The notes: generated by a model not told the origin, from the sequence alone. 64,000 bases of DNA from Oscillospiraceae bacterium (GCA_029098185.1 JAQXNV010000017.1:66-64065); one strand, 5' to 3'. Shown: positions 17,907-27,135, numbered from the stretch's first letter. Made by a program: numbers and translations.

Positions 17907-19406
17907 TTATCGTTCCAATTCTTCGATCAAATGGATGAGCCGAATGCGGATTTTCGTCCGATGGATACCCTCATAGCCTGTTTGCTCGGCACTGCGCAGC
18001 AGATGCTCCCGGCAGGCCATGACCAGCTCCGGCCGGCGAAGCTCCAGCATCAACGGCGGCAGAGAGATACGAAACAGCAGGGCCAGTCCTTCCTCGTTGA
18101 CCATCAGGTTGTAGTCGGGCCAGGGATCCCGCTCTAAGGGGAGGAAACAGTAATTTTCATACTGGTCCATGAGCCGGACGATGTTGCGCAGGTGCATGGC
18201 GTACGTTTTCGGCGTGTAAAATAGGTGAGAAGCGCAAGATTTGTATGGCGTGCCGATGCGGATGGTCCCAGAGCGGATCTCCTCCACAGAGGGCAGACGG
18301 GAAATTTCCAGATAGTGGTACTGGGAGAGCCGTTGTTCAAACTGAGGGATCCCCTTGAGAAACGCTGCGAAGGTCTGTTTCCAAACGGGGTCACGCTCTT
18401 CCCGAACACATTGTTCCAGCAGTGCCCTAGGGATGGTGTTGGGCGACAGGGGCACTACCTGGTGGATCACATCGCCGGGCTGGGCGAGCAGCTCTTGGGT
18501 AAAGGGGAGGAATTCCTCAAACTTGGTGTAACCGTTCAGCGCCGGGCGGCAGGTGTATAGATGCTCCTGGAACTGTTCGGTGTATGCTTTTACGAGCTTT
18601 GGATCTGTAGAAAACAGGGTGATAAAATTATTGCTGGGCCCTATGCTGGAGGATACCCGGACGCAGTGGCCGGGAACGATCAAGGTAGAGCGGCGGTACA
18701 AGTTATCCCGCAGCCGTGGATAGTAATAGACCTTCATTTTCCCCGTGCTGTAGGCGGGCAGCCAAAAGCGCATGGCTTCCGTGTAGCGGGAAAGAAAATT
18801 GATGGCCGGCATGATCTGATAAAAGGTAAAGCCCTGACGCAGGACGTCCAGCAGACCATTCTGTATTCGTTTTGACAACTGGTAGTCAGAAAGGAGCCAT
18901 TCCAGGTTATCGTCGGAAGCGAGCAAAATGGAACATGGCGTTTTGGCTTCCCGAATCGCTTGGAAAACATGGTTGGTCACTTCCCGCCGGCCTTCTTCAC
19001 CGTAGAAAAACATGGTCTGCTCTTTCGGCATCGGCGCAGGAGCTTCCTGCTGGGTAGATACCGGCAACTCGGTGTGCTGCAATTCCTCGGTGATGGAATC
19101 GATGAGGTCATTTTCCGATTTCATCCAATGGGCCAGCCGGTTTGCCAGCAGCTCTGTCGGCATGGAGGAACGCAGATCCGAATAGCCCAGCATCTCCGCC
19201 AATGCCCGGCGCTGAAAGTCAGCCGTGCAGCGACCTGCGAAAAACAGGGCCATCTTTTGCAGCCGCTCCCAATCTCGTGGCAGCTGCCGTTTGCCGGTAC
19301 GCAGCAGACTGATTAAAGAAGGGTCCACAGAGATCCCTTCTGCCAGCTCTTTGTTGGAGGTCTGGGTGATCTGCATCAAAAAAACTAATTTATCTTTAAA
19401 CTGCAT
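17907..19406 (-). CDS. Large XRE-type helix-turn-helix protein (about 60-aa HTH plus about 440 aa of unknown function)
   Basis: The N-terminus (QTSNKELAEGISVDPSLISLLRTGKRQLP) looks like an HTH_3/XRE domain. The start is at M11 of the ORF-track protein (RBS gggagaag). I recognise nothing in the remainder. Confidence 0.7.
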   Translation of the reverse strand: MQFKDKLVFLMQITQTSNKELAEGISVDPSLISLLRTGKRQLPRDWERLQKMALFFAGRCTADFQRRALAEMLGYSDLRSSMPTELLANRLAHWMKSENDLIDSITEELQHTELPVSTQQEAPAPMPKEQTMFFYGEEGRREVTNHVFQAIREAKTPCSILLASDDNLEWLLSDYQLSKRIQNGLLDVLRQGFTFYQIMPAINFLSRYTEAMRFWLPAYSTGKMKVYYYPRLRDNLYRRSTLIVPGHCVRVSSSIGPSNNFITLFSTDPKLVKAYTEQFQEHLYTCRPALNGYTKFEEFLPFTQELLAQPGDVIHQVVPLSPNTIPRALLEQCVREERDPVWKQTFAAFLKGIPQFEQRLSQYHYLEISRLPSVEEIRSGTIRIGTPYKSCASHLFYTPKTYAMHLRNIVRLMDQYENYCFLPLERDPWPDYNLMVNEEGLALLFRISLPPLMLELRRPELVMACREHLLRSAEQTGYEGIHRTKIRIRLIHLIEELER

Positions 19407-19472
19407 GAAACTTCTCCCATCCCGCCGGAAGTCCAATGGGATCTCCTGGCGCGTTTCCAGTCATTTTTCCTT

Positions 19473-19501
19473 ATTATAGGGGATTTTTCAGCACAAATCA
19501 A
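19473..19501 (-). promoter_or_regulatory. Sigma-A type promoter for the HTH gene
   Basis: The minus strand reads TTGATT, a 17-nt spacer, then TATAAT. Confidence 0.7.
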
Positions 19502-20017
19502 GGGCCACCCTTTTGGGCAAAAAGAAAGACGGACAGCGTAAAACTGTCCGCCTGGCACTACGGTATTCCCCAGAGGGTGTTTTTCCAAAGTGTGGGAAAG
19601 AAGGAACAACTTTCGGAAAAGAAAGCGTTGAAGAAAAGCGATCAAAACCCCTTTGTTATTCCTTTGGGAGTGAACACTTTAGAAAGAAAACGGAACAAAA
19701 CGCCTGCAAAGAGCAGCACGGCGCAATACGGCGTTTTTCCGCAAATGAAAGAAGGTGTTGTATCATGGGCGTCGGTTAAGCCCCATGATGATACCGCAAC
19801 GCCCAGTATGGCTGAAAAGAAGAAAAATGTACCATACCACTTATAGTATAAAACATCAAGTAGGACAACTTCGGGACAAATTGTCCCTGATTTTATGAAC
19901 TTTTTGTAAATTTTTGAAAAAGCGTGTAAAATATTCACAATCATTTTCACTTCTGCCCCAAACGACGATTTTTGTTGCGTTTGCCTTGGCATCATGCAGG
20001 TGGAAACAAAACCAAAC

Positions 20018-20083
20018 TGCTTCATTACAGAGCGCCCTGCCGCTTTTGGAAAGCAGGAGACAGAGCGCCCTGCCGCTTTTGGA
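20018..20083. repeat. Perfect tandem duplication, 2 x 33 bp
   Basis: ACAGAGCGCCCTGCCGCTTTTGGAAAGCAGGAG occurs twice, head to tail. Each copy contains the hairpin CCTGC-N12-GCAGG. Confidence 0.95.
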
Positions 20084-20365
20084 AAGCAGGAGCAAAGCCG
20101 TCAAACACGGGCAGCAGACACCGCAAAATGGAGCAAGAAAGCCATCTGAAGGATTTATGCAAATTGCTGATGAAGGTTAAAAAATTTATAAATATTGCAC
20201 AAATAAAATCGACAGCAAAATATGAACAAATTGTAAAGTTTTCAAAAACTGGAAAAAACGGATCGATTTGTCATGGGTTTGTCCTGGGTTGTGCTCTTGC
20301 GTTCTCAGGGGCGGTCTGCTATAACTAATGCAAACATAAAAATGACGAAGGAGAGTTGTTGCTTT

Positions 20366-21835
20366 ATGAAATCTAATCGTGTACTGAAATCCATTCTTTG
20401 CGCAGCCCTGGCAGCTATGCTGACTGTAGGCGCAACCTCTGTCACCGCCTTTGCAGCAGAGGCAAACACTACGACGCAGAGCACTGTGGACGCTACCCAG
20501 AATGGAGACGGCGAAAGCGTAGAAGATCAGGTCAAGAATGAGTTTGAAGAATGCCTCAGTATGCCAGAAGCAAGAGTCGTTGCCGGTTTCAGCTTTAATC
20601 TGCCGGTATTTAGCAACTATAAGATCGAGGCGGCCAGCCCAGAAAAGGTCACCGGCGGCATGATCACCGTCACTGTGCCAAACGGCAATGACAGTGAAGA
20701 GCCTTACATGAACAATACGTATTTCATCAAGAGCGGTGATAAGGCCAGTTTCTATGAGGAGATCAAAAATTATAAGCAGTATAATTTGACCCGTCTGGAA
20801 GATGAAAAGCTGGAAAAGGACAACATCATCGCTGCTTGCACCAAGGGAACAGACGGCAAGATCCGTGCTGTCATGTGGGCTATTGAGGACGACGATTGCA
20901 AATATGGTTACAGCGTGATGGATCTGTCCGGTATGACCGAGGAACAAGCCATCAAGTTGATCAGACAGATCACTGCTTACAACGAGTTTAGCCATATCAA
21001 CGGCCAGCCCAACCTGATGCAGGCCGAGATCGAACCATTGTCCTGCCAGAACTTTGCCGGCGGCAGAGACGTCTTTGTGCCGGATGAGGACATCGTTGTC
21101 ACCTACAAGGGCAAGAAGCTGGTAAAAGATAAGGACTACTATGTTTTTTATCTTCGGAACAGCGAGATCGGCCAGGCAGTTCTGGGTATCCGCCCAACAG
21201 AGGACAGCGAATATCAGGGCTTTAACATTGCATCATTCCAGATCACCTCTCAGACGCCGGCTAATGTACAGCAGTCCAAGCAGCGTGCCACCTCTGTGCA
21301 GCTTGCCATTGACGCAGTTTACGGCGCAGACGGTTATGTGATCTTCAACACAGACGGCGAGATTCCCCAAAAGGTCGCCACCGCAACGACCCAGAACGGT
21401 GCCGCAACCATCTACAAGACCATCGACGGTCTGGAGCCAGGCAAGACCTATCATTATTTCGTCCAGTCCTTCACTACAGATGAGAACGGCAAAAACTGGT
21501 ACAGCGATGCAAGTGACGTCGTCGCAGCTTCCACAACAGATGTGACCATTCCGGCTGCTGTTAAGAATCTGAAGCAAGTAAAGCAGACAAAGACCTCCGC
21601 GCAGATCTCGTTCAGCAAGGTCAAGGGTGCAAACGGCTATTTCATTTATAACGCAAACGGCAAGAGAATTGCCACTGTCACCACACAAAATGGCGCCGCA
21701 ACACTGAAAAAGACCATTAGCGACCTGAAGGCGAACAAGTCCTACAAGCTGACTGTAAAGCCTTACACCACGGCCTCTAACGGCGAAAAGGTAACAGGCG
21801 CTGGCAAGACCATTACGGTTAAGACCACAAAATAA
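20366..21835 (+). CDS. Secreted protein with two C-terminal FN3-like repeats
   Basis: Signal peptide MKSNRVLKSILCAALAAMLTVGATSVTAFAAEA, RBS gaaggagag. There are two repeats of about 90 aa (..GADGYVIF...QNGAATIYKTIDGLEPGKTYHY.. and ..GANGYFIY...QNGAATLKKTISDLKANKSYKL..). Confidence 0.78.
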   Translation: MKSNRVLKSILCAALAAMLTVGATSVTAFAAEANTTTQSTVDATQNGDGESVEDQVKNEFEECLSMPEARVVAGFSFNLPVFSNYKIEAASPEKVTGGMITVTVPNGNDSEEPYMNNTYFIKSGDKASFYEEIKNYKQYNLTRLEDEKLEKDNIIAACTKGTDGKIRAVMWAIEDDDCKYGYSVMDLSGMTEEQAIKLIRQITAYNEFSHINGQPNLMQAEIEPLSCQNFAGGRDVFVPDEDIVVTYKGKKLVKDKDYYVFYLRNSEIGQAVLGIRPTEDSEYQGFNIASFQITSQTPANVQQSKQRATSVQLAIDAVYGADGYVIFNTDGEIPQKVATATTQNGAATIYKTIDGLEPGKTYHYFVQSFTTDENGKNWYSDASDVVAASTTDVTIPAAVKNLKQVKQTKTSAQISFSKVKGANGYFIYNANGKRIATVTTQNGAATLKKTISDLKANKSYKLTVKPYTTASNGEKVTGAGKTITVKTTK

Positions 21836-21855
21836 AAAATAGATCATGAAATAAG

Positions 21856-21899
21856 GCGAAAACGTCGCGGGAGTTCTACGGCGTTTTCGTCTGTTTTTT
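21856..21899 (+). terminator. Terminator after the secreted FN3 protein gene
   Basis: GCGAAAACGTCG...CGGCGTTTTCG stem with one mismatch, followed by a T-rich tail. Confidence 0.6.
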
Positions 21900-22000
21900 A
21901 ACAAAAATTTCCATCAGTTTTTGCTTTCCCTGGAAAAAGGAATGTGTTACAATGGAACTAGTTTCCATTGGAATTGTTCAAAAAAAGGGGGGCATCATCG

Positions 22001-23293
22001 TTGAATTTGTTGAAAGCGGTGAATATTTCCATCGAGCTGTGCGGCATCTCCTTGTGCATCATGGGGATCATAGCGGTGCTGATCGGCACAAAGATCGAGA
22101 AAAAAGACAGCCGTTATTTTATCTGTCTGTTTCTCTGTCTGCTCATTGATCTGCTGTCTAATATGAGCGGTCAAATTTTTCGAGGTGCTGCGGGAACAGT
22201 TGGATTTTATGCGGTGCGGATCTCCAATTTCTCAGAATTTTTCTTTGGCTATCTGCTGACCTTCTGCGTGACCTGGTATCTGCTTTATTGCATCGACCCC
22301 CAGTGGAAAAAGAAAGAACTGCGTGTCGGCATTGGCATTTTTTATGGCGGACAGCTCGGGCTCTTGGTTCTTTCCCAGTTCAACAAGATGTATTATTACA
22401 TAGACAGCAGCAACGTGTACCATCGGGGCGAGCTGTTCTGGCTGTCTCAGGCTGTCAGTATCTGCTCCTTTTTGCTGGATGCTGTCCTGCTTGTTTGGGA
22501 ACGCGCGTCTCTGTCCAAAAAACAAAAGCTGGCCTTTGGCAGCTATTTGCTGCTGCCCACAGCGGCATTGATCGGGCAGCTATTTTATTACGGACTGGTA
22601 CTGACGTTGATCGCATCTATTTTGGGCGCGTTTGTCATGTTTCTGTTCATCCTCAATGACCAGGTGGAGCGCTATTGCGCCAAGGAGCGGGAAAACACCA
22701 ATATGCAGACAGCCATCATGCTCAGTCAGATCCAGCCGCATTTTCTGTATAATGTGTTGAATACGATTTACTATCTGTGCGGGAAAGACCCGAAGGAAGC
22801 CCAAAATGTCGTGGCGAATTTTTCCGATTACCTGCGGGGCAACCTGGATTCCTTAAACTGTAAGGAGCCGGTTCCCTTTGCAACGGAGCTGGAACACGTT
22901 AAGAAATACCTTTCCCTGGAGGAAGCCCGATTCCGGGAGGAATTGCAGGTGGTTTACGATATTGAGGCCACCGGGTTTATGGTGCCCACATTGACGGTGC
23001 AGCCTCTAGTTGAAAACGCCGTGCGTTACGGCCTGGGGAAAAAACCGGGCGGCGGCACGGTGCGCATTGCCACACGGGAGGAGCCGGATCGTTATGTCAT
23101 CACCATTGATGATGACGGCGTAGGCTTTGACCCGGAACATTTGGAGTTTCATGACAATCGCAGCCATATCGGTATCTCCAACGTGCGCAGCCGCCTGGCC
23201 ACCATGTGCGGCGCATCGCTGGACATTCAAAGTGAGATCGGCCGCGGAACGACCGCAGTCATTACTGTACAAAAGAAGGAGGACCGCCTGTGA
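22001..23293 (+). CDS. Sensor histidine kinase, LytS/YehU-type (polytopic N-terminal sensor plus His_kinase plus HATPase)
   Basis: QIQPHFLYNVLNTIYYL (phospho-acceptor His box of the LytS family), PLVENAVRYG and a DDDGVGF ATPase. The start is ambiguous: TTG at 22001 after GGGGGG, or TTG at 21968. Confidence 0.85.
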   Translation: MNLLKAVNISIELCGISLCIMGIIAVLIGTKIEKKDSRYFICLFLCLLIDLLSNMSGQIFRGAAGTVGFYAVRISNFSEFFFGYLLTFCVTWYLLYCIDPQWKKKELRVGIGIFYGGQLGLLVLSQFNKMYYYIDSSNVYHRGELFWLSQAVSICSFLLDAVLLVWERASLSKKQKLAFGSYLLLPTAALIGQLFYYGLVLTLIASILGAFVMFLFILNDQVERYCAKERENTNMQTAIMLSQIQPHFLYNVLNTIYYLCGKDPKEAQNVVANFSDYLRGNLDSLNCKEPVPFATELEHVKKYLSLEEARFREELQVVYDIEATGFMVPTLTVQPLVENAVRYGLGKKPGGGTVRIATREEPDRYVITIDDDGVGFDPEHLEFHDNRSHIGISNVRSRLATMCGASLDIQSEIGRGTTAVITVQKKEDRL

Positions 23294-24081
23294 ACATTCT
23301 GGCAGTCGACGACGAAAAACTGGCGCTGGAGAATATGATGGAGGCCATCCGGGAAGTTGCGCCCAGGGCAACACTGGCAGGAGCCCGAGACGGGGAGCAG
23401 GCCTTGGCGCTTGCGGAAAAGACCCGGTTCGATCTTGCGTTTCTGGATATTGAAATGCGAGGGATCTCCGGACTGGAGCTGGCCAAGCGGCTAAAAGAGC
23501 GGAACCGGCGGGTCAATGTGATCTTTGCCACCGGCCACGATCAATATCCGCTGGATGCGTTTTCTCTGGCGGCCAGCGACTATCTCCTCAAGCCCATCAC
23601 ACCGGAAAAGGTGCGCCGTGCCATGGGAAACCTGCGGTTTCCGCTGCGCCCCACAGGGACCAAAAAGCTGCAGATCCATTGCTTTGGCAGCTTTGAGGTG
23701 TACGCTAACGGCGAGCCCCTGCTTTTTGGCCGGGCCAAGACAAAGGAGATGCTGGCCTATCTGGTGGACCGGAAAGGCAGTACCTGTTCCATGGGGGAAC
23801 TTTTGGCCGTGCTGTGGGAGGATAAGCCCAACAGCTCGTCCCAGCAGAGCAACCTGCGCAATCTGATCTCCGATCTGAAAAATACGCTGGCCAGTGTCGA
23901 TGCAGAGGATGTGATCCTGAAAGGGCGCAACGTTATCAGCATCCGGGAAAATATGGTGGACTGCGACTATTATGATTTTCTGAAAGGCGTTCCCTATGCG
24001 GTCCATCTGTACCAGGGGGCATACATGGAACAATATTCCTGGGCCGAGGAGACGCTGGCGTCTCTGCCGCTGGTGGAATAA
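23290..24081 (+). CDS. Response regulator: receiver domain plus SARP/OmpR-type winged-helix domain (RR1)
   Basis: Receiver residues (VDDE...DIEM...ATGH..K) are followed by LQIHCFGSFEVYANGEPLLFGRAKTKEMLAYLV...NLRNLISDLKNTL, typical of SARP-type wHTH domains. The GTG start overlaps the kinase stop (GTGA). Confidence 0.85.
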   Translation: MNILAVDDEKLALENMMEAIREVAPRATLAGARDGEQALALAEKTRFDLAFLDIEMRGISGLELAKRLKERNRRVNVIFATGHDQYPLDAFSLAASDYLLKPITPEKVRRAMGNLRFPLRPTGTKKLQIHCFGSFEVYANGEPLLFGRAKTKEMLAYLVDRKGSTCSMGELLAVLWEDKPNSSSQQSNLRNLISDLKNTLASVDAEDVILKGRNVISIRENMVDCDYYDFLKGVPYAVHLYQGAYMEQYSWAEETLASLPLVE

Positions 24082-24105
24082 ACGGGAGATCCTCCTAACG
24101 AAAAA

Positions 24106-24141
24106 CCGGAAGCCTCTATTCCTGCGGCCTCCGGCTTTTTT
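24106..24141 (+). terminator. Terminator of the kinase/RR1 operon
   Basis: CCGGAAGCC...GGCCTCCGG stem with one mismatch, followed by CTTTTTT. Confidence 0.65.
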
Positions 24142-24280
24142 GCTTGTCTGACGCTGCTCAAGAAATTGCCCATTTTTTGTAGGAGCGATGGAGGGGAAGG
24201 CTTTCTGTAGACGATTGGATGTCCGGCGATGATATTCCCCAAAAAGCGCATAGGTATCGGATTTTTCGGCGGTTTGCGCC

Positions 24281-24309
24281 TTGACCGGCACAGGAAAATA
24301 GATTATAAT
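24281..24309 (+). promoter_or_regulatory. Sigma-A type promoter of the partner-switch/export operon
   Basis: TTGACC (24281-86), a 17-nt spacer, then TATAAT (24304-09). Confidence 0.7.
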
Positions 24310-24366
24310 GAAAAGAAAATCAATTTGAAGTTGCGTTGGCAATGGAGAGCATTTGGAGGTTATCCC

Positions 24367-24663
24367 ATGACAATCGAAAAAAAGCAAAACGGAAACACTT
24401 TGGAGCTGAAGCTGACAGGTCGTCTGGATACGATGACGGCGCCGGAATTGGAAGCGGTTTTAAAAGAAACGATCGATGGAATGGAAAAGCTGGATCTCGA
24501 TTTCAGCGGACTGGAATATCTGTCCTCTGCAGGCCTTCGGGTATTGCTGACGGCGCAGAAGATCATGAATAAGCAGGGAGAAATGGTTATCCATAACGTC
24601 AACGACACCATCATGGAAGTGTTTGAAGTGACCGGATTTGTGGATATTTTGACCATTGCGTGA
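24367..24663 (+). CDS. STAS-domain anti-sigma-factor antagonist (SpoIIAA/RsbV-like)
   Basis: 98 aa. DFSGLEYLSSAGLRVLL contains the conserved phosphorylatable Ser context. RBS tggagg. Confidence 0.88.
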   Translation: MTIEKKQNGNTLELKLTGRLDTMTAPELEAVLKETIDGMEKLDLDFSGLEYLSSAGLRVLLTAQKIMNKQGEMVIHNVNDTIMEVFEVTGFVDILTIA

Positions 24664-24699
24664 TCCCATTTTGACAAAAGCCACGGAAGGGGTAACAGG

Positions 24700-27135
24700 G
24701 TGACGATTTTCATTTTAGCGGTCACAGCCGCCGTACCGATTCTGCTGTCTGCCGGCTTATTTTTGCTGGATAGACGAACACGGTTCGGTAAACTGCACTA
24801 CATAAAAAAGCAAATCATATACGGGCTCCTTTTTGGCGCACTGGCTGTGTGCGGCACAGAATTCGGTATCGATACCGGCGGCGCCATCATCAATGTGCGG
24901 GATGCTGCGCCCCTTTGTGCCGGCTTGTTTTTTGGGGCGCCATCGGGCGTCATTGCCGGAGTTATCGGCGGAGTGGAACGCTATTTGGCCGTTTTTTGGG
25001 GCGCGGGGGAATATACGCAGTTAGCCTGTTCCATCGCAACGGTGTTTGCCGGATGCTTTGGCGCTGCGCTGCGAAAATTCCTGTTTGACAACAAACGCGC
25101 GCCCTGGTATCACGCCATGACCATCGCGGCAGTCACAGAGATCCTGCACATGCTGCTGATCTTTTTGACCAATATGCACGACGTCAGCACAGCCTTCTCC
25201 TTTGTGCGCACCTGTGCGCTGACCATGATCCTGCTCAATACCGCATCGGTCACCGGCGCGGCGCTGGTCCTGTATTTTCTGGAGTCAGACCAGCGGCAGG
25301 ACCGTCACGGGCCGCTGCAGCTATCGCAAAAGTTTTCTATCTGGTTGATGTTCAGCGTGGTTGCGGCGTTTTTGGCGGCGACGACACTGTCCTTTGTCCT
25401 ACAGACGCAAATGTCGGAAAACAATGCCAATGAACTATTGCGGCTGAACATCGACGACGTGAAGGAGGACATCAACGACGCTTCAGACAAGAACCTGTTG
25501 ACCATTACGAGATCGGTTGCCGATGAAGTAGAATCTTTGACAAACGTCGACACACAAACGCTGGATACGCTGCGAAAAAAGTATGATATTGCCGAGATCA
25601 ATATCATCGACAAATGGGGCGTTATCCGCACGTCTACCAATCCGGACTTTATTTTCTATAATATGAACGGCGGTTCCCAGTCGTCAGAATTTTTACAACT
25701 GCTGGACGGAACGACGACAGAATTTGTGCAGGGCTACGGCCCTACGTCCTCAGACAGTAGCGTGCTGCGGAAATATGGCGCCGTTACCTTAAAGGATGGC
25801 GGATTTGTCCAGGTGGCCTACGATGCCAAGCGATTCCAAAAGGACATCGACGGCCAGGTCATCGGCATCACGAGAAACCGCCATGTGGGCGAGGGCGGAT
25901 TCATCCTCATCGCCAACGAATCGGGAGAGATCGTCAGTGACCGGAACCAGAACGAGGGCACTAGTCTGGAGACAGCCGGCATTCAGATCAAGGAAAACGC
26001 CATCCAGCAAGAGCAGCGGTTTGAAGCGGAGGTTTATGGGGAAAAGAGCTATTGTATGTATGTAAAGTCGGAGGGCTATTACATCATCTCGGTCCTGCCG
26101 CGGCAGGAGGCTGTTTTCTCCAGAGATGTTTCCTCTTATATTACGCTGTTTATGGAGATCGTCGTCTTTGGTCTGCTGTTCATGCTGGTATTCCTGCTCA
26201 TCAAGCATCTGATCCTGGACAATCTTCGCAAGGTGAACCATTCCCTGTCGGAGATCACCAACGGCAATTTGGATATTGTGGTAGATGTCCGCAGTAACCA
26301 GGAATTTGCAAAGCTGTCCGATGACATCAACGCCACGGTCACTACGCTCAAGCATTATATCGAAGCGGAGGCAGCCCGGATCGACAAGGAGCTGGAGTTT
26401 GCCAAATCCATTCAGCATTCGGCACTGCCCAGCGTGTTCCCACCTTATCCTAACCGGACAGAGTTCGACATTTACGCCACCATGGATACGGCCAAAGAGG
26501 TCGGCGGCGACTTCTATGATTTCTATCTGCTGGATCAGGACCATCTGGCGTTTCTCATTGCGGACGTTTCCGGTAAGGGCATTCCGGCGGCGCTGTTCAT
26601 GATGACGGCCAAAACGCTGATCAAGAGTCTCGCAGAGGCCGGAAACGCAGTCAACGATGTGTTTACGCTGGCCAATGAAAAGCTGTGCGAAAACAATGAA
26701 GCCGGGATGTTTGTAACGGCCTGGATGGGCATTTTGGATCTAAAGACCGGACTGGTAGAATTTGCTAACGCCGGCCACAATCCGCCGCTGATGCGAAAGA
26801 AGGGCGGCGAATTTACCTATCTGAAGAGCCGCGCCGGTTTTGTGCTGGCCGGTATGGAGGGCATCCACTACCGGAAAAACGAATTGCAACTGGAGCCGGG
26901 GGATGAGATCTATCTCTACACCGACGGCGTGACCGAAGCCACCGATCTCAACGAGGCCCTTTAGGGAGAGGAACGGCTGCAAAGCTTCCTCAATTCTATC
27001 GGGACGCCGGACGCAAAAACGCTGTGTGCAGGCGTCAAGGCAGATGTGGATCGGTTTGTGCGGACAGCGCCGCAGTTTGACGATATTACCATGGTTTCTC
27101 TGCAATATAAAGGGAACAAGGAGGAAGAAGAATGA
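24700..27135 (+). pseudogene. Membrane sensor PP2C phosphatase (5TM LytS-like N-domain, extracytoplasmic region, HAMP, SpoIIE/PP2C), interrupted by an in-frame TAG at 26962-26964
   Basis: PP2C motifs AKEVGGDFYDFY, ADVSGKGIPAALFM and YLYTDGVTEA precede the TAG. The same frame then continues GEERLQSFLN...APQFDDITMVSLQY (the family's C-terminal metal-binding Asp region). It ends in a TGA that overlaps the ATG of the next gene (ATGA at 27132-35). Confidence 0.8.

Noticed and set aside
17521-17976. A 151-aa plus-strand ORF across the noncoding gap.
   Set aside because: It reads through two intrinsic terminators. It has no RBS, has a low-complexity Lys/Ser-rich composition, and overlaps the 3' end of the minus-strand HTH gene.
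19642-19944. A small two-TM minus-strand ORF (MIVNILHAF...), considered as a feature.
   Set aside because: The RBS is weak and there is no family motif. The only support is a downstream terminator-like hairpin. I kept it as part of a finding, not as an annotated CDS.
20018-20083. A possible CRISPR array, suggested by the 33-bp repeat with an internal hairpin.
   Set aside because: There are only two copies, they abut directly with no spacer, and no cas genes are in the window.
26962-26964. Stop-codon reassignment or pyrrolysine as an explanation for the in-frame TAG at 26962-26964 (and the in-frame TAA at 44160-44162).
   Set aside because: TAA, TAG and TGA all terminate well-conserved genes in this window at the expected positions: hydA TAA, pyrK TAG, pyrF TGA. 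Two different stop codons are involved, and no pyl genes are seen. Point mutations or sequence errors are the simpler explanation.
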